The position numbers and the translations under genes are program-made. A stretch of DNA of 60,867 bases from Spirochaetales bacterium (GTDB lineage Bacteria; Spirochaetota; Spirochaetia; DSM-27196; SKKC01), in the NCBI GenBank assembly GCA_046545955.1, contig JBKGYS010000001.1:1-60867 (forward strand). Direction: 5' to 3'. The notes beneath the pieces were generated by a model. The model was given only the letters and a program-made list of their open reading frames with translations, had not been told where the DNA came from and searched no databases. Below, piece after piece: positions 18,800 through 27,913 of the stretch. Position 1 is the first letter of the stretch, and each line of letters starts with the position of its first letter.

Positions 18800-18896
18800 G
18801 CGCGTCGGTGTCACGAGGCCACCCGCCGATTGCCTGCCCGGTCTGTGATTCGCGACTTGTAAATCGCCGGCCTCGAGGCTACCCTTGCCCCTACCT

Positions 18897-19679
18897 ATGG
18901 AAAACGCAACCGCATTCGTCACCGGCGCCTCGCGTGGCCTCGGAGAGGCTACCGTGAGGTCGCTACTAAACGCCGGTTTTTCCGAGATTGTCGGCATCTC
19001 ACGTTCCCGGAATGAGTCCCTTGCCGGGAAGACAGGACACAAAGGAGCAACCGTCGAGTGGGTTACCTGCGACCTTGGTTCACCGGCAGACATAACGGGG
19101 AAACTCGGCCCCGTATTCGACCGTTACAACACCGATTTCCGGGATCCGATCGTGCTCATAAACAACGCCGGCGTCGTCGAACCGATCGGGCCACTCGGTA
19201 GCGTCGACTCGGACGAAGCCGCTCGGAACATTCACGTTAATCTCGCCGCACCCCTGGTTCTGTGCAACGAATTCCTGAGAGCCTTTTCGCACACAAGAAG
19301 CAGGCGCATTATCGTTAATATCACCTCTGGTCTCGCCAGACGCGCGATGAGCGGTGTCGCCTCCTACAGCAGCGCAAAAGCCGGGCTCGATATGCTGACC
19401 GAGGCGATTGCCACCGAGCAGTCGCAGCGCATCGGTGAAACCGATAGCTCTGCGCCGCCGGTCGAAGTCTACGCCGTGTCGCCCGGCACGGTCGCGACCC
19501 AGATGCAGTCGGCGCTGCGAGCGTCGACCGAGGCGGAACTTCCCGACAGGTCGAAATTCGTGTCTCTCTTCGAGCGGGGAGAACTCTACACGCCGGAATA
19601 CTCGAGCGGGAAAATCGTCGAACTTATTCTGAATCCGACGCTCGACTCCGGGAGCGTGACGCACGTCCGCGACCTGTAA
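18897..19679 (+). CDS. Short-chain dehydrogenase/reductase (SDR)
   Basis: The start is ATG 18897 (MENATAFVTGASRGLGEA). The cofactor motif is TGASRGLG and the catalytic motif is YSSAKAG. Confidence 0.8.
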   Translation: MENATAFVTGASRGLGEATVRSLLNAGFSEIVGISRSRNESLAGKTGHKGATVEWVTCDLGSPADITGKLGPVFDRYNTDFRDPIVLINNAGVVEPIGPLGSVDSDEAARNIHVNLAAPLVLCNEFLRAFSHTRSRRIIVNITSGLARRAMSGVASYSSAKAGLDMLTEAIATEQSQRIGETDSSAPPVEVYAVSPGTVATQMQSALRASTEAELPDRSKFVSLFERGELYTPEYSSGKIVELILNPTLDSGSVTHVRDL

Positions 19680-20448
19680 CCGGTCGAAACAACCCGATCC
19701 AGTCGGGTCGCGTATGACTCGGAGGATTTCCGCGAAAGTCACCGTACGCCTCGGCGAGTTCGAAACCGGCGGTTCCCGCTCGCTCACACACGTGTTCGGG
19801 ATTATGAATCCGCAGGTCGAGCTGCGAAACCACAGGTTCACATTCGCCGCCGGACTCCGGAATAAAGTACCACACCAGACGTTCGAACCCCTGTTCGGGG
19901 AATCGCCTGCTCTCGTACCACTCGACAGCGCCCCCGAACCGGCTGCTCGCGAAGACTCCACGACTTGTAAGGGCGTCTCCGCCGGGAGCGAGACCGCTGC
20001 CGAACCGGAACAGGTGAAGTACGAAAACACCCGCTTCGGAGAGCAGACGCCGGACCGAAGTAAAGAGCGCATGCAGGTCCTCGTCCGCATGCAAGTGTCC
20101 GACCCCATTCAAGGGGAGCAGAACCACATCGAAGATCGCATCGAAGGCGAGCCTGCGCATATCACGCTTCACAAGCGTAAGCTGCGACTCGTCGATCCGT
20201 GCCCGCTGCGCTTCCTCGCGTGCAACCGCGAGCATCGCCTCGCTGATATCTACACCGGTCACCTCGTGGCCATCGGCTGCAAGCGAAATCGCCACTCGAC
20301 CGGATCCGCAGCCGAGCTCGAGAACGCGCGAGCGCTCGCTACCGACGATTCGCCGGTAAAACGGCAGATCCTCGGTGACCTGCCGGTGAGCATCCGCGTA
20401 AAGCCGCGCGTGTTCGTACATGGCAACACGATCATACCCCATTTTCAA
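19624..20448 (-). CDS. Class I SAM-dependent methyltransferase
   Basis: 274 aa with motif I VLELGCGSGR followed by GVDISEAML. The 3' end overlaps the SDR 3' end by 56 nt. Confidence 0.75.
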   Translation of the reverse strand: MKMGYDRVAMYEHARLYADAHRQVTEDLPFYRRIVGSERSRVLELGCGSGRVAISLAADGHEVTGVDISEAMLAVAREEAQRARIDESQLTLVKRDMRRLAFDAIFDVVLLPLNGVGHLHADEDLHALFTSVRRLLSEAGVFVLHLFRFGSGLAPGGDALTSRGVFASSRFGGAVEWYESRRFPEQGFERLVWYFIPESGGECEPVVSQLDLRIHNPEHVCERAGTAGFELAEAYGDFRGNPPSHTRPDWIGLFRPVTGRGRASRSRSRASDSE

Positions 20449-20593
20449 CGCTTCAGTCCTGGGTAGCAGGTGCGAATGCGGTAACGCGCCACAGCCGAGG
20501 CCGGATGTACTATGAGGTCAATACCCCAAAACGGTCCCACATACCGTCCCGGGCGGTGCAGGCGTATTGCCTCACGGAGAGATCTTACGCAGG

Positions 20594-20622
20594 TTGACAC
20601 CGGGTGCACGAGTGAATACGCT
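20594..20622 (+). promoter_or_regulatory. Candidate sigma-70-type promoter for the tRNA
   Basis: TTGACA (20594-20599), a 17-nt spacer, then TACGCT (20617-20622). It lies about 20 nt upstream of the tRNA 5' end. This is a pattern match only. Confidence 0.3.
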
Positions 20623-20642
20623 CTCCATCCGGAAATAAAACC

Positions 20643-20716
20643 GGGCCTATAGCTCAGCTGGTTAGAGCAACGGACTCATAATCCGTGTGTCCCAGGTTCA
20701 AGTCCTGGTGGGCCCA
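20643..20716 (+). tRNA. tRNA with CAU anticodon, elongator type (tRNA-Ile2 candidate, otherwise tRNA-Met)
   Basis: The 74-nt cloverleaf was folded by hand: GGGCCTA/TA/GCTC-AGCTGGTTA-GAGC/A/ACGGA-CTCATAA-TCCGT/GTGTC/CCAGG-TTCAAGT-CCTGG/TGGGCCC/A. It lacks the initiator GGG:CCC anticodon stem. C4-G69 and C5-G68 resemble E. coli tRNA-Ile2. No CCA is encoded. Confidence 0.9.
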
Positions 20717-21094
20717 GTCCCCAAACGCAATGAGCGTGGCGAAAGGCACGTAGCGAAAGTTGTCGAGTCGGGATCGGCTCAGGGTATTGTGCCCGATGCT
20801 GCATTGGAGCTCGCACACCGGCCCTATAGCGAGTTTCGAGTGCGGTTCGGCTTGAAATCCAACAAGCCGGGAGTCCCGGTGCACTGAAGTTCGCCGCGAG
20901 TACCGTCTCGTCAAGCCCCGCCAAACGCTGTAGACTACCCTCTTTCGCACCCGGGCGCGTTGGATACAGGATATACGCCTCGGGCCAATAAGCGGCTTTC
21001 CCTGTCAGAACGCGCACTCCGAACCCTGACTCAAACGGATGCCGTTCGGTGAGATAGGACGGGATAGGCCGATGATTACGGAGCGCAGCGTTCG

Positions 21095-22321
21095 ATGAAC
21101 TTCGCATTGATCAGTCTTGCCGGACTCGTTTTTGCGGTTGCGGCCGGCATTCTCGGGAAGCTTAACATAGGGCTTCTGAGCATCGGCGTGGCGTACCTTA
21201 TCGGAAGCGCGGCGGGTTTCGAGGCTGCTACTATCGTTGCCGGCTGGCCGACCCGGCTTTTTTTCATACTTTTCAGTATGAGCTTTCTGTTCGGTATAGT
21301 AAGCGCGAACGGAACACTCGATCTACTTGTCAAACGAACCATCGCTGCAGTAAAGGGGCACAACCGCTTTTTACCGCTCATACTGCTGTTCGGCTCGGCT
21401 GTTCTCTCGGGCATGGGCCCGGGCAACATTGCAACCGTTGCGATCATCAGTCCTCTCGCGTTGGCAATATCCCGTAAAGAAGGAATATCACCGCTGCTTG
21501 TTGCGATCATGGTAATACTCGGAGCGAATGCCGGTGGTCTTTCGCCGATTGCTCCGACCGGGATCATCGCCAATGATCTCGCGCGGGAGGAAGGACTCGA
21601 AATCGCGGTTGTACTGTTACGTGACATGAGCATTGTGACGCTTCTTTGCGGCGTGCTGACCTACTTTGTGCTCGGCGGATGGAGAATACCAAGCAGAAGC
21701 GTTGAGAGCGGGGACAACGCTATATCGTTCAACCGCCATCATCTGCTTACTCTGCTCGTTGTAGGAGCCGCTATCATCGCGATCGTTGCCGGATCGAATA
21801 TCGGTCTTACCGCCTTCCTGGCATCCGGCGTGCTTCTCGCCTTTCGGGTCTCGTCGGAATCAGAGGCAATGGCGAGAGTGCCGTGGTCGGCGATATTGCT
21901 CGTTTGCGGCGTGGCACTACTCATCGGCATTGTCGAGGAAACCGGAGGCATGCAGCTTCTGACGCGGACGCTCGGCGCCGCGATGTCGGAGGCGACTGTC
22001 GGACCGGCCATGACCGTTGTGGCGGGACTCATGTCGCTGGTTTCGAGCGCATCCGGCGTTGTACTGCCGACGCTGATTCCGGCAGTGCCTGGGATCGTGG
22101 CCGAAATTGGTCCGGCCGTTCCACCCGAGGTCCTTATCTCATCGATTGCGATCGGATCGCACCTTCCGACCGTTTGCCCGTTTTCAACGCTCGGCGCCCT
22201 CGCAATCGCAGCGGCCGGCGGCGCCGAACGAAACGAGTTGTTCACCAAGCTGATACTCGCCGGTTTCTCGTATCTATTCGTCGGCGCAGCGATCAGTTAT
22301 TTCCTCATAACCGTCCTGTAG
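21095..22321 (+). CDS. Anion/ion permease of the ArsB/NhaD (IT) superfamily, MatC/CitMHS-like
   Basis: 408 aa with about 11-12 TM segments and a glycine-rich hairpin-like motif (GANAGGLSPIAPTG). The substrate is unknown. Confidence 0.65.
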   Translation: MNFALISLAGLVFAVAAGILGKLNIGLLSIGVAYLIGSAAGFEAATIVAGWPTRLFFILFSMSFLFGIVSANGTLDLLVKRTIAAVKGHNRFLPLILLFGSAVLSGMGPGNIATVAIISPLALAISRKEGISPLLVAIMVILGANAGGLSPIAPTGIIANDLAREEGLEIAVVLLRDMSIVTLLCGVLTYFVLGGWRIPSRSVESGDNAISFNRHHLLTLLVVGAAIIAIVAGSNIGLTAFLASGVLLAFRVSSESEAMARVPWSAILLVCGVALLIGIVEETGGMQLLTRTLGAAMSEATVGPAMTVVAGLMSLVSSASGVVLPTLIPAVPGIVAEIGPAVPPEVLISSIAIGSHLPTVCPFSTLGALAIAAAGGAERNELFTKLILAGFSYLFVGAAISYFLITVL

Positions 22322-23212
22322 CGAACCGCCGGTTGCCGGTCGTTCCGCATACAGGTCGCCGACCGGGCGCGCGTCTGCGTGCACGATCCGGAAGCCGCAC
22401 GCCTCCAATACGGCTTTGCAACCTGAGGCGTTACGCCTGCCGTGAAACTCGACCACCACCCGTTTCGTTCGCCGAAGCGCGTGTCGGCTTCCGGCGAGCA
22501 CCCGCAACTCGTCACCCTCGACATCGATCTTGAGAACATCGATACATTCCACCCGATTCACGGCACAGAGCGCATCGACCGAGATTACGGGGCAATACAG
22601 GTACTCGGTCGAAAGCGCCCGTACCCATCGAGGACCACGCGATGAAAGCGTCCGCGAGGCGATCGTGGAAACCTGCGGTGACCACTCGATTACATCGACA
22701 GCGGGCAATCGGGCCATGGTCGGGTCGGCCGCGAGTCCGAGTACCGCGGTAAAACGCGACCGACGGTTCGCCGAGGGGGCTCTCGAATTGCCGGCGACCG
22801 TCTCAATGAGCACTGCAAAACTCTTCGGTACCGGCTCAATCGAGAGTATCCGCACGGCAGGATTTTCGGTAAATCGGCAGGCGGCATAAATGCCCTCATT
22901 CGCGCCAACATCCACGATTACCGCGGCGTGCGACGCAGAGAATCCGGGAACTCGCGCGTGCACACGATCGCGAAGGTGTTCGACGAGCGAATCGAGACTC
23001 GCCGGAGCGCTGCGACGCGGTAATCGCACTCGCAAACCAGCGACCGTGAGCGGTGGGAGCCACTCATCGGGCGGCGGCGTTCGCTTTTCTAAGAGCATGG
23101 CTCTATCCGCGTAGATCCGATCGAGTAGCCTCCGGTCGGCTTCACCGGCTGCATTCAGACGGAGCCAGTCGAAGCGCGTATCGAACGAGTCAGGCGGCGA
23201 CAATGCGCTCAT
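22274..23212 (-). CDS. FkbM-family methyltransferase
   Basis: 312 aa with the FkbM signature VDVGANEGIY, and later LKIDVEGDELRVL. The 3' end overlaps the permease 3' end by 48 nt. Confidence 0.75.
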   Translation of the reverse strand: MSALSPPDSFDTRFDWLRLNAAGEADRRLLDRIYADRAMLLEKRTPPPDEWLPPLTVAGLRVRLPRRSAPASLDSLVEHLRDRVHARVPGFSASHAAVIVDVGANEGIYAACRFTENPAVRILSIEPVPKSFAVLIETVAGNSRAPSANRRSRFTAVLGLAADPTMARLPAVDVIEWSPQVSTIASRTLSSRGPRWVRALSTEYLYCPVISVDALCAVNRVECIDVLKIDVEGDELRVLAGSRHALRRTKRVVVEFHGRRNASGCKAVLEACGFRIVHADARPVGDLYAERPATGGSLQDGYEEITDRCADE

Positions 23213-23225
23213 TGTCTCGTCTCCG

Positions 23226-23250
23226 CGCGCCTGCTGCCGTAGCAGGCGCG
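23226..23250 (-). promoter_or_regulatory. GC-rich 10-bp hairpin directly 5' of the FkbM-family gene's Shine-Dalgarno
   Basis: CGCGCCTGCT / loop of 5 nt / AGCAGGCGCG. On the minus strand it is followed by CGGAGACGAGACA-ATG. This is seen by eye and its function is unknown. Confidence 0.4.
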
Positions 23251-23330
23251 GGGCGCCGGTGTTACACCTGCTGCGACCCGGGATATGTCCACGATTGCTA
23301 TACCGATCGCTATTGCCGTGGTTGTCATAC

Positions 23331-23414
23331 GCACCGTCGCCTGTGGCAGTCGTTCAAAACCACCGTCCCGTCGCCTGTGGCAGTCGTTCAAAACGATCGT
23401 CCCGTCGCCTGTGG
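23331..23414. repeat. Tandem repeat with 34-bp period, about 2.4 copies
   Basis: The core CGTCGCCTGTGGCAGTCGTTCAAAAC occurs at 23335-23360 and 23369-23394. A third partial copy, CGTCGCCTGTGG, is at 23403-23414. The linkers are CACCGTCC and GATCGTCC. Confidence 0.85.
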
Positions 23415-23867
23415 GCTCGACCGCACACGGCCATAACCGCGTTCGCCCTGCCCGACATCTTCTAACTGCGGCTCGACATATCGCGGGAGCTCATACGCGA
23501 GCCTACGGCCAATGCGATACGAGAGCATAGCGCGGTCTATGGCACGGGAGGTTTCTGCTTTCGCTACTCGAATCGAGGCCGAGTTGCAGGATTGTAACCG
23601 CTGAGAGCGACTATGTGCACGTGGTCTTGCGATCACACGTACTCAGATTACGCTCCGAGGAAAAATTCCATCTGCCGGATACCGAGCCGAATGGGGATTT
23701 CCGCGCGGCAAGTCTCGTGGGTCACGACGATATTGGCATGCATCGAAACCGTATGCACGAGATAACCGTGGCGTTTGAAACGGACGTAAGCGCCCGGGCG
23801 GCGACGCCCGAGATGGTTGCCCGTCCGCTTTGACAGCTTTGAAGCCGATCGCGTACGCTCGCAAATC

Positions 23868-26528
23868 ATGCACGAATTCACTCCCGCACACTATGAGCTC
23901 ACACTCGAGCCCGACCTTCAAACATGCCGTTTCACCGGACGCGTAGTAATCGACGGAGTCCTGCCCGAACCGGTCAGTAGCCTACATTTCCACGCGCGTG
24001 AAATCACAGTGTCGGCAGCCTACCTGGATTGGAATGGGAGGCGAGCAGCTGTTTCGACCTCGACCGACGAGGATGCCACGCTTCTAACGGTCGAATTGCC
24101 GGGCGAGATTCAAGGTAGAATAGCGATAACCGTGGATTATAGCGGCGTGATTAACGACGAGCTTGCCGGTCTCTATCAGTCTCCATTCGAGGAAAACGGT
24201 AAGACGCGGATGATGGCGGTTACGCAATTCGAGGAGACCGATGCGCGGCGCGCCTTTCCCTGCATCGACGAACCGGCGGCGAAGGCGCGGTTCGATATAA
24301 CGTTCATACTCGATAAGGGCATTTCCGGTATCGCGAACACCCCCGTAAAATCGGAAACCGACGTATCCGCGCATCCGGAGAAGACGCTGAGCCGAGCATC
24401 GGGTAAGCGCCGCATCGAGTTCGAGACGACCCCGCCAATGTCTACATACCTGCTGTTTTTCGGGATGGGTCCGTTCGAATTCGAGACCGATACTCAGTTT
24501 CGATTTCCGGTTCGTGCAGCGACACGACCGGGTCTATCGCGTTTCGGAGGCAACGCGATAGAGTGGACAAAAGAAGCACTTCGTTACGGAGAGGAATACA
24601 CCGGCATTCAGTTTCCCATCGGCAAAATGGATCTCGTCGCATGCCCGAACTTCGCGTTCGGTGCGATGGAAAACTACGGAGCAATTGCGTTCCGAGAGAA
24701 CCGCATGCTTGTATATGGAAGCGAAACGCCGTCGGCCGAGTACGAGCGAATCTGCCAGATTACGAACCACGAAGTCGCGCACATGTGGTTCGGAAATCTG
24801 GTTACTCCGAAGGACTGGAGTTATATCTGGCTCAACGAGGCCTTCGCCACGTACTTCGGATATCTGATTACAGATACATTTCATCCCGAGTTCAACGGCC
24901 TCGACCAGTTCATAGCCCTGCAAATGGACATTGCCTTCTCACGCGACGGTCTTGTCGGCAGCATTCCTATCGAGTTTCCCGACGGGAAGGAACTCGAGTT
25001 CAGCCCGGCGACCACGCCGATTATTTACCGCAAGGCCGGTTCGATTCTTCGTATGTTCCGATTGTACCTGGGCGACAGCGGCCTCGCCGATCGGGACGAC
25101 GGGGACGCGCGCGATTCGGGTGGACAGCCGGCCTTTCGCGCGGGGGTAAGACACTATCTCGAGGCGTTCGCCGAATCGTGCGCGGACACCGACGACTTTC
25201 TTACAAGCTTCAGCGAAGGAGTTCAGACCGTGCCCGAAGCTCCCGAGTTCAGCCGGGAGATGCTCGCAGCGTGGATACGCACCCCCGGTCACCCGATCGT
25301 CCATGCACACCGGGAAGGGTCGCATCTGCACCTGCGCCGGGAGCGGTTCTCCTACCACGCGACAGGCTCCGAGGGATACGCATCGATCCGCGAAGCAGCG
25401 TGTCCGCCGATTCCGTTGACGCTCCGACTTTTTCACGCCGACGGCACTACTACGCAACGGCGCTGTATTCTCGACCGTGAATCCGATACCGTCTCGCTAC
25501 CTGAGAATATCGAGGCGGTAAAACTGAACGCCGACCAGGCCGGTTTCTACCGCACTGCCTACGCACGCGAAGACATCGAATTACTCTGCTCGATCGCCGC
25601 ATCTCGCATGTCTTCTCGCGACCGGTTCGGTTTGCTCTACGACATGCATGCGCTCGTCGTGCAGGGCAGCATCGACCTCGAATCTTATCTTTCAAGGGTG
25701 AACCGGTACTTCGCAGCTGAGGTTGATTTTCTGCCCGCGTTTCAGCTCTCCCGATCGCTTCAAGCCCTTCACTTCCATGCGGGAGTCGGTGCCTCGGTCG
25801 CTTCCGAGCGCATCGCCGAAACGGGACTGCGCGTACTCCGCCCCGCGATTGAGAGGACCGGTATTATGCCCTCCGACGGTGAGGTTCACACGAACGCTCT
25901 GCTCAGGGAATCGCTGCTGTGGAGTGCATACCGTTTCGGCGACCGAGAGGTCGGCGAGGAGCTCCAAAAGCAGGCTGATACGCTTTTTCGCAGCCGGCGC
26001 ATCCGGGGCGACGGCAAGACCTCCAGCCCTGTTCCGGCGAACCTCCGGCCGCTTCTCTACCGGGTGATTGCCTCGAGCATGCCCGCCTGCATTCCAACGC
26101 TCCTCGATCGACAAGCGGATTCGAGCGTGCCGGAAGGAGAGCGCCAGGAAATCGTTACGGCGCTCGGATACGCGGGCAGCAGGGAATCGCTTTCGACCGT
26201 GCTTGACTCGCTTTTCGAACGGATCCCGACCCGAAATCGCTATCTTGCCATTCAGGCGACGGCATCCAACGGTTCGGCACGCAATCTGCTGTGGCCATGG
26301 ACAGTCGAGCATATGGACCAGCTCGAGCGACTCCACCGCATGCATTTTCTCAGTGCCCTTGTTACCGCGATCGCCGGAGATGGTATCGGACGGGAACGCG
26401 AGGTATCACGGTTCCTCGAGTCCTACAAGAACCGTGCGAAAGATTTCTCCGCCGAGACCGTGGAAATGGCCTTGGAATACCGCCAGATTAATGAAGCCCT
26501 CGAGCGACGCCTTGCGGCGCAGGGGTAA
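23868..26528 (+). CDS. pepN: Aminopeptidase N (M1 family zinc metallopeptidase)
   Basis: It has GAMEN, HEVAHMWFGNLVT and WLNEAFA. The start is taken at ATG 23868 (MHEFTPAHYEL...). TTG 23817 is also possible. Confidence 0.9.
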   Translation: MHEFTPAHYELTLEPDLQTCRFTGRVVIDGVLPEPVSSLHFHAREITVSAAYLDWNGRRAAVSTSTDEDATLLTVELPGEIQGRIAITVDYSGVINDELAGLYQSPFEENGKTRMMAVTQFEETDARRAFPCIDEPAAKARFDITFILDKGISGIANTPVKSETDVSAHPEKTLSRASGKRRIEFETTPPMSTYLLFFGMGPFEFETDTQFRFPVRAATRPGLSRFGGNAIEWTKEALRYGEEYTGIQFPIGKMDLVACPNFAFGAMENYGAIAFRENRMLVYGSETPSAEYERICQITNHEVAHMWFGNLVTPKDWSYIWLNEAFATYFGYLITDTFHPEFNGLDQFIALQMDIAFSRDGLVGSIPIEFPDGKELEFSPATTPIIYRKAGSILRMFRLYLGDSGLADRDDGDARDSGGQPAFRAGVRHYLEAFAESCADTDDFLTSFSEGVQTVPEAPEFSREMLAAWIRTPGHPIVHAHREGSHLHLRRERFSYHATGSEGYASIREAACPPIPLTLRLFHADGTTTQRRCILDRESDTVSLPENIEAVKLNADQAGFYRTAYAREDIELLCSIAASRMSSRDRFGLLYDMHALVVQGSIDLESYLSRVNRYFAAEVDFLPAFQLSRSLQALHFHAGVGASVASERIAETGLRVLRPAIERTGIMPSDGEVHTNALLRESLLWSAYRFGDREVGEELQKQADTLFRSRRIRGDGKTSSPVPANLRPLLYRVIASSMPACIPTLLDRQADSSVPEGERQEIVTALGYAGSRESLSTVLDSLFERIPTRNRYLAIQATASNGSARNLLWPWTVEHMDQLERLHRMHFLSALVTAIAGDGIGREREVSRFLESYKNRAKDFSAETVEMALEYRQINEALERRLAAQG

Positions 26529-26532
26529 GGGC

Positions 26533-27261
26533 ATGAAGCTCTCGCGCAGCAACGCTAACCCATTAAGAAAGTTGTGCCCGCTGTGCGAGGGGACGGCTCG
26601 AGCTTTCGTTCCACAGGTGTGGGACGAGGAGGCGAAATACCGAATTCGTAATCTGAAGATTCCGGGTCAAGGGCTCGGACGAAACGAGTACTGCCCGGCC
26701 TGCGGCTCGAGTTCGAGCGAACGGCTTCTACACCTGTATCTGCTCCGCTATACTACCGTTTTTACACCTACAGCGGCGATGCTTCGGGTATTCGCTTGTG
26801 GAGAGCTTCCGAAACTCGCCGAGATGATCAACAAGGTCTCACGTGTTGAACTGACGCAAGACCAAATGATGGGGCTGTTCGACATTGTAATAGAGAATCA
26901 TAGTCTCGAACGAGCGGACGACGACCGCCAAACGCTCGTTTCGCTGCGAGATCTGTTAATCCCCGGCGGGCGGCTCATCTTAAGCGAAACGATCTCACCC
27001 GTGCTGCCGGCGACTCTTGAAAACGACGGGGCTATGACAGAACGACAGCGCCGACGCGCGTTCGGAGACCCGCTGCGCAAACGGGTATTCGGCGCCGATC
27101 TCGAAGCGCGCATACGCGAGGCGGCGCTCATTCCCGAGCCCTTCGACTGGCGTACGGACCGCGGCAACTTCGGTGGACTCGGCAACCGATTCGCACTGAC
27201 ACCCGGGCAGAAGCTTATGATCTGTCGTCGTAGCACAGCGGAACAAACCGCGCCCCGGTAA
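26533..27261 (+). CDS. Methyltransferase-like protein with N-terminal Cys4 zinc-ribbon
   Basis: The start is ATG 26533, 4 nt after the pepN stop, with a GGGG/AAGGG SD. It has CPLC...CPAC plus ERLLHLYL, then a class I MTase-like FDIVIENHSLE...LIPGGRLILSE. The upstream part of track ORF 26068 lies inside pepN. Confidence 0.5.
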   Translation: MKLSRSNANPLRKLCPLCEGTARAFVPQVWDEEAKYRIRNLKIPGQGLGRNEYCPACGSSSSERLLHLYLLRYTTVFTPTAAMLRVFACGELPKLAEMINKVSRVELTQDQMMGLFDIVIENHSLERADDDRQTLVSLRDLLIPGGRLILSETISPVLPATLENDGAMTERQRRRAFGDPLRKRVFGADLEARIREAALIPEPFDWRTDRGNFGGLGNRFALTPGQKLMICRRSTAEQTAPR

Positions 27262-27844
27262 GATTCCGCACCCGCGAGAGCCGTGCCCCCCGCTTTTCGT
27301 AGACCGTGACAATTTCGTTGCCGCCGGGCCCGAGCGGTATAACCATACGCCCCCCCTCGGCGAGCGCTCGCTCGAGGGGCGTGGGTACGCCATCGGCGGC
27401 GGCCGAGACGACAATACCGTCGAATGGTCCAGGATCGGGCAGCTCCTCCCAAGCATTCGCACGGTGCACGGTTACATTCACAATTCCTGCTTTCCCGAGT
27501 CGGGAAACAGCCTGCGAGACAAGCGACGCATGAAGCTCAATCGATACAACGCGCTCGGCGAGGTGCGAAAGCAACGCACTCTGATAACCGAGACCGGTTC
27601 CCACTTCAAGCACCGTCGCATTCGCACTCAAGCGCAACGCGTCGACCATTGCGGCCACTAAGGAAGGCTGACTCGTAGTCTGACCTGAACCGATCTGAAT
27701 TGGCCTGTCGGAGTATGTTTCCGCCGGCGGAGTCCCATCCGGCACGAACCATGCACGATCTACCGAACGCATGGCGTTCATCACCCGTTCGGAGAGCAAT
27801 CCGTGACGCTGCGCTGTACGAACGAGTTCCTCGTTATCGGGCAT
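27215..27844 (-). CDS. pcm: Protein-L-isoaspartate O-methyltransferase
   Basis: 209 aa with SQPSLVAAMVDAL, VLEVGTGLGYQSALL and GGRMVIPLG. Confidence 0.85.
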   Translation of the reverse strand: MPDNEELVRTAQRHGLLSERVMNAMRSVDRAWFVPDGTPPAETYSDRPIQIGSGQTTSQPSLVAAMVDALRLSANATVLEVGTGLGYQSALLSHLAERVVSIELHASLVSQAVSRLGKAGIVNVTVHRANAWEELPDPGPFDGIVVSAAADGVPTPLERALAEGGRMVIPLGPGGNEIVTVYEKRGARLSRVRNLTGARFVPLCYDDRS

Positions 27845-27913
27845 ACAGCCGATTATACCCTAAAGCATGGCGACGCGCCGACAGCTTTCGTGCTACCGTT
27901 CTAGCCTGTTTTT

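Noticed and set aside
20717-21094. RNase P RNA (the gap size fits), tmRNA, SRP RNA, or a known riboswitch downstream of the tRNA.
   Set aside because: Reading both strands, I found none of the following:
- the GAGGAAAGTCCGGGC / ACAGAANCCGGCTTA cores of RNase P RNA
- a tRNA-like tmRNA 3' end or ...ALAA-stop tag frame
- an SRP GGAA/AGCA loop motif
- a match to the riboswitch cores I know

I left it as an unexplained gap in the findings.
21039-21098. A 19-codon uORF (MPFGEIGRDRPMITERSVR) whose TGA overlaps the permease ATG as ATGA.
   Set aside because: It has no SD, the peptide has no recognisable feature, and an ORF this short is expected by chance. It is only worth revisiting if the leader proves to be regulatory.
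23331-23414. A possible CRISPR array, considered for both the 34-bp repeat here and the 21-bp repeat at 58276-58381.
   Set aside because: The units are directly adjacent with no unique spacers. Copy number is tiny, and no cas genes or leader are present in the window.
23285-23530. An 81-aa ORF with a hydrophobic, lipoprotein-like N-terminus (MSTIAIPIAIAVVVIRTVAC...) inside the long gap.
   Set aside because: It runs through the 34-bp repeat, reading successive copies in different frames. It has no SD, and the remainder is R/P/H-rich with no coding-like character. I kept it only as a remote possibility under the gap finding.
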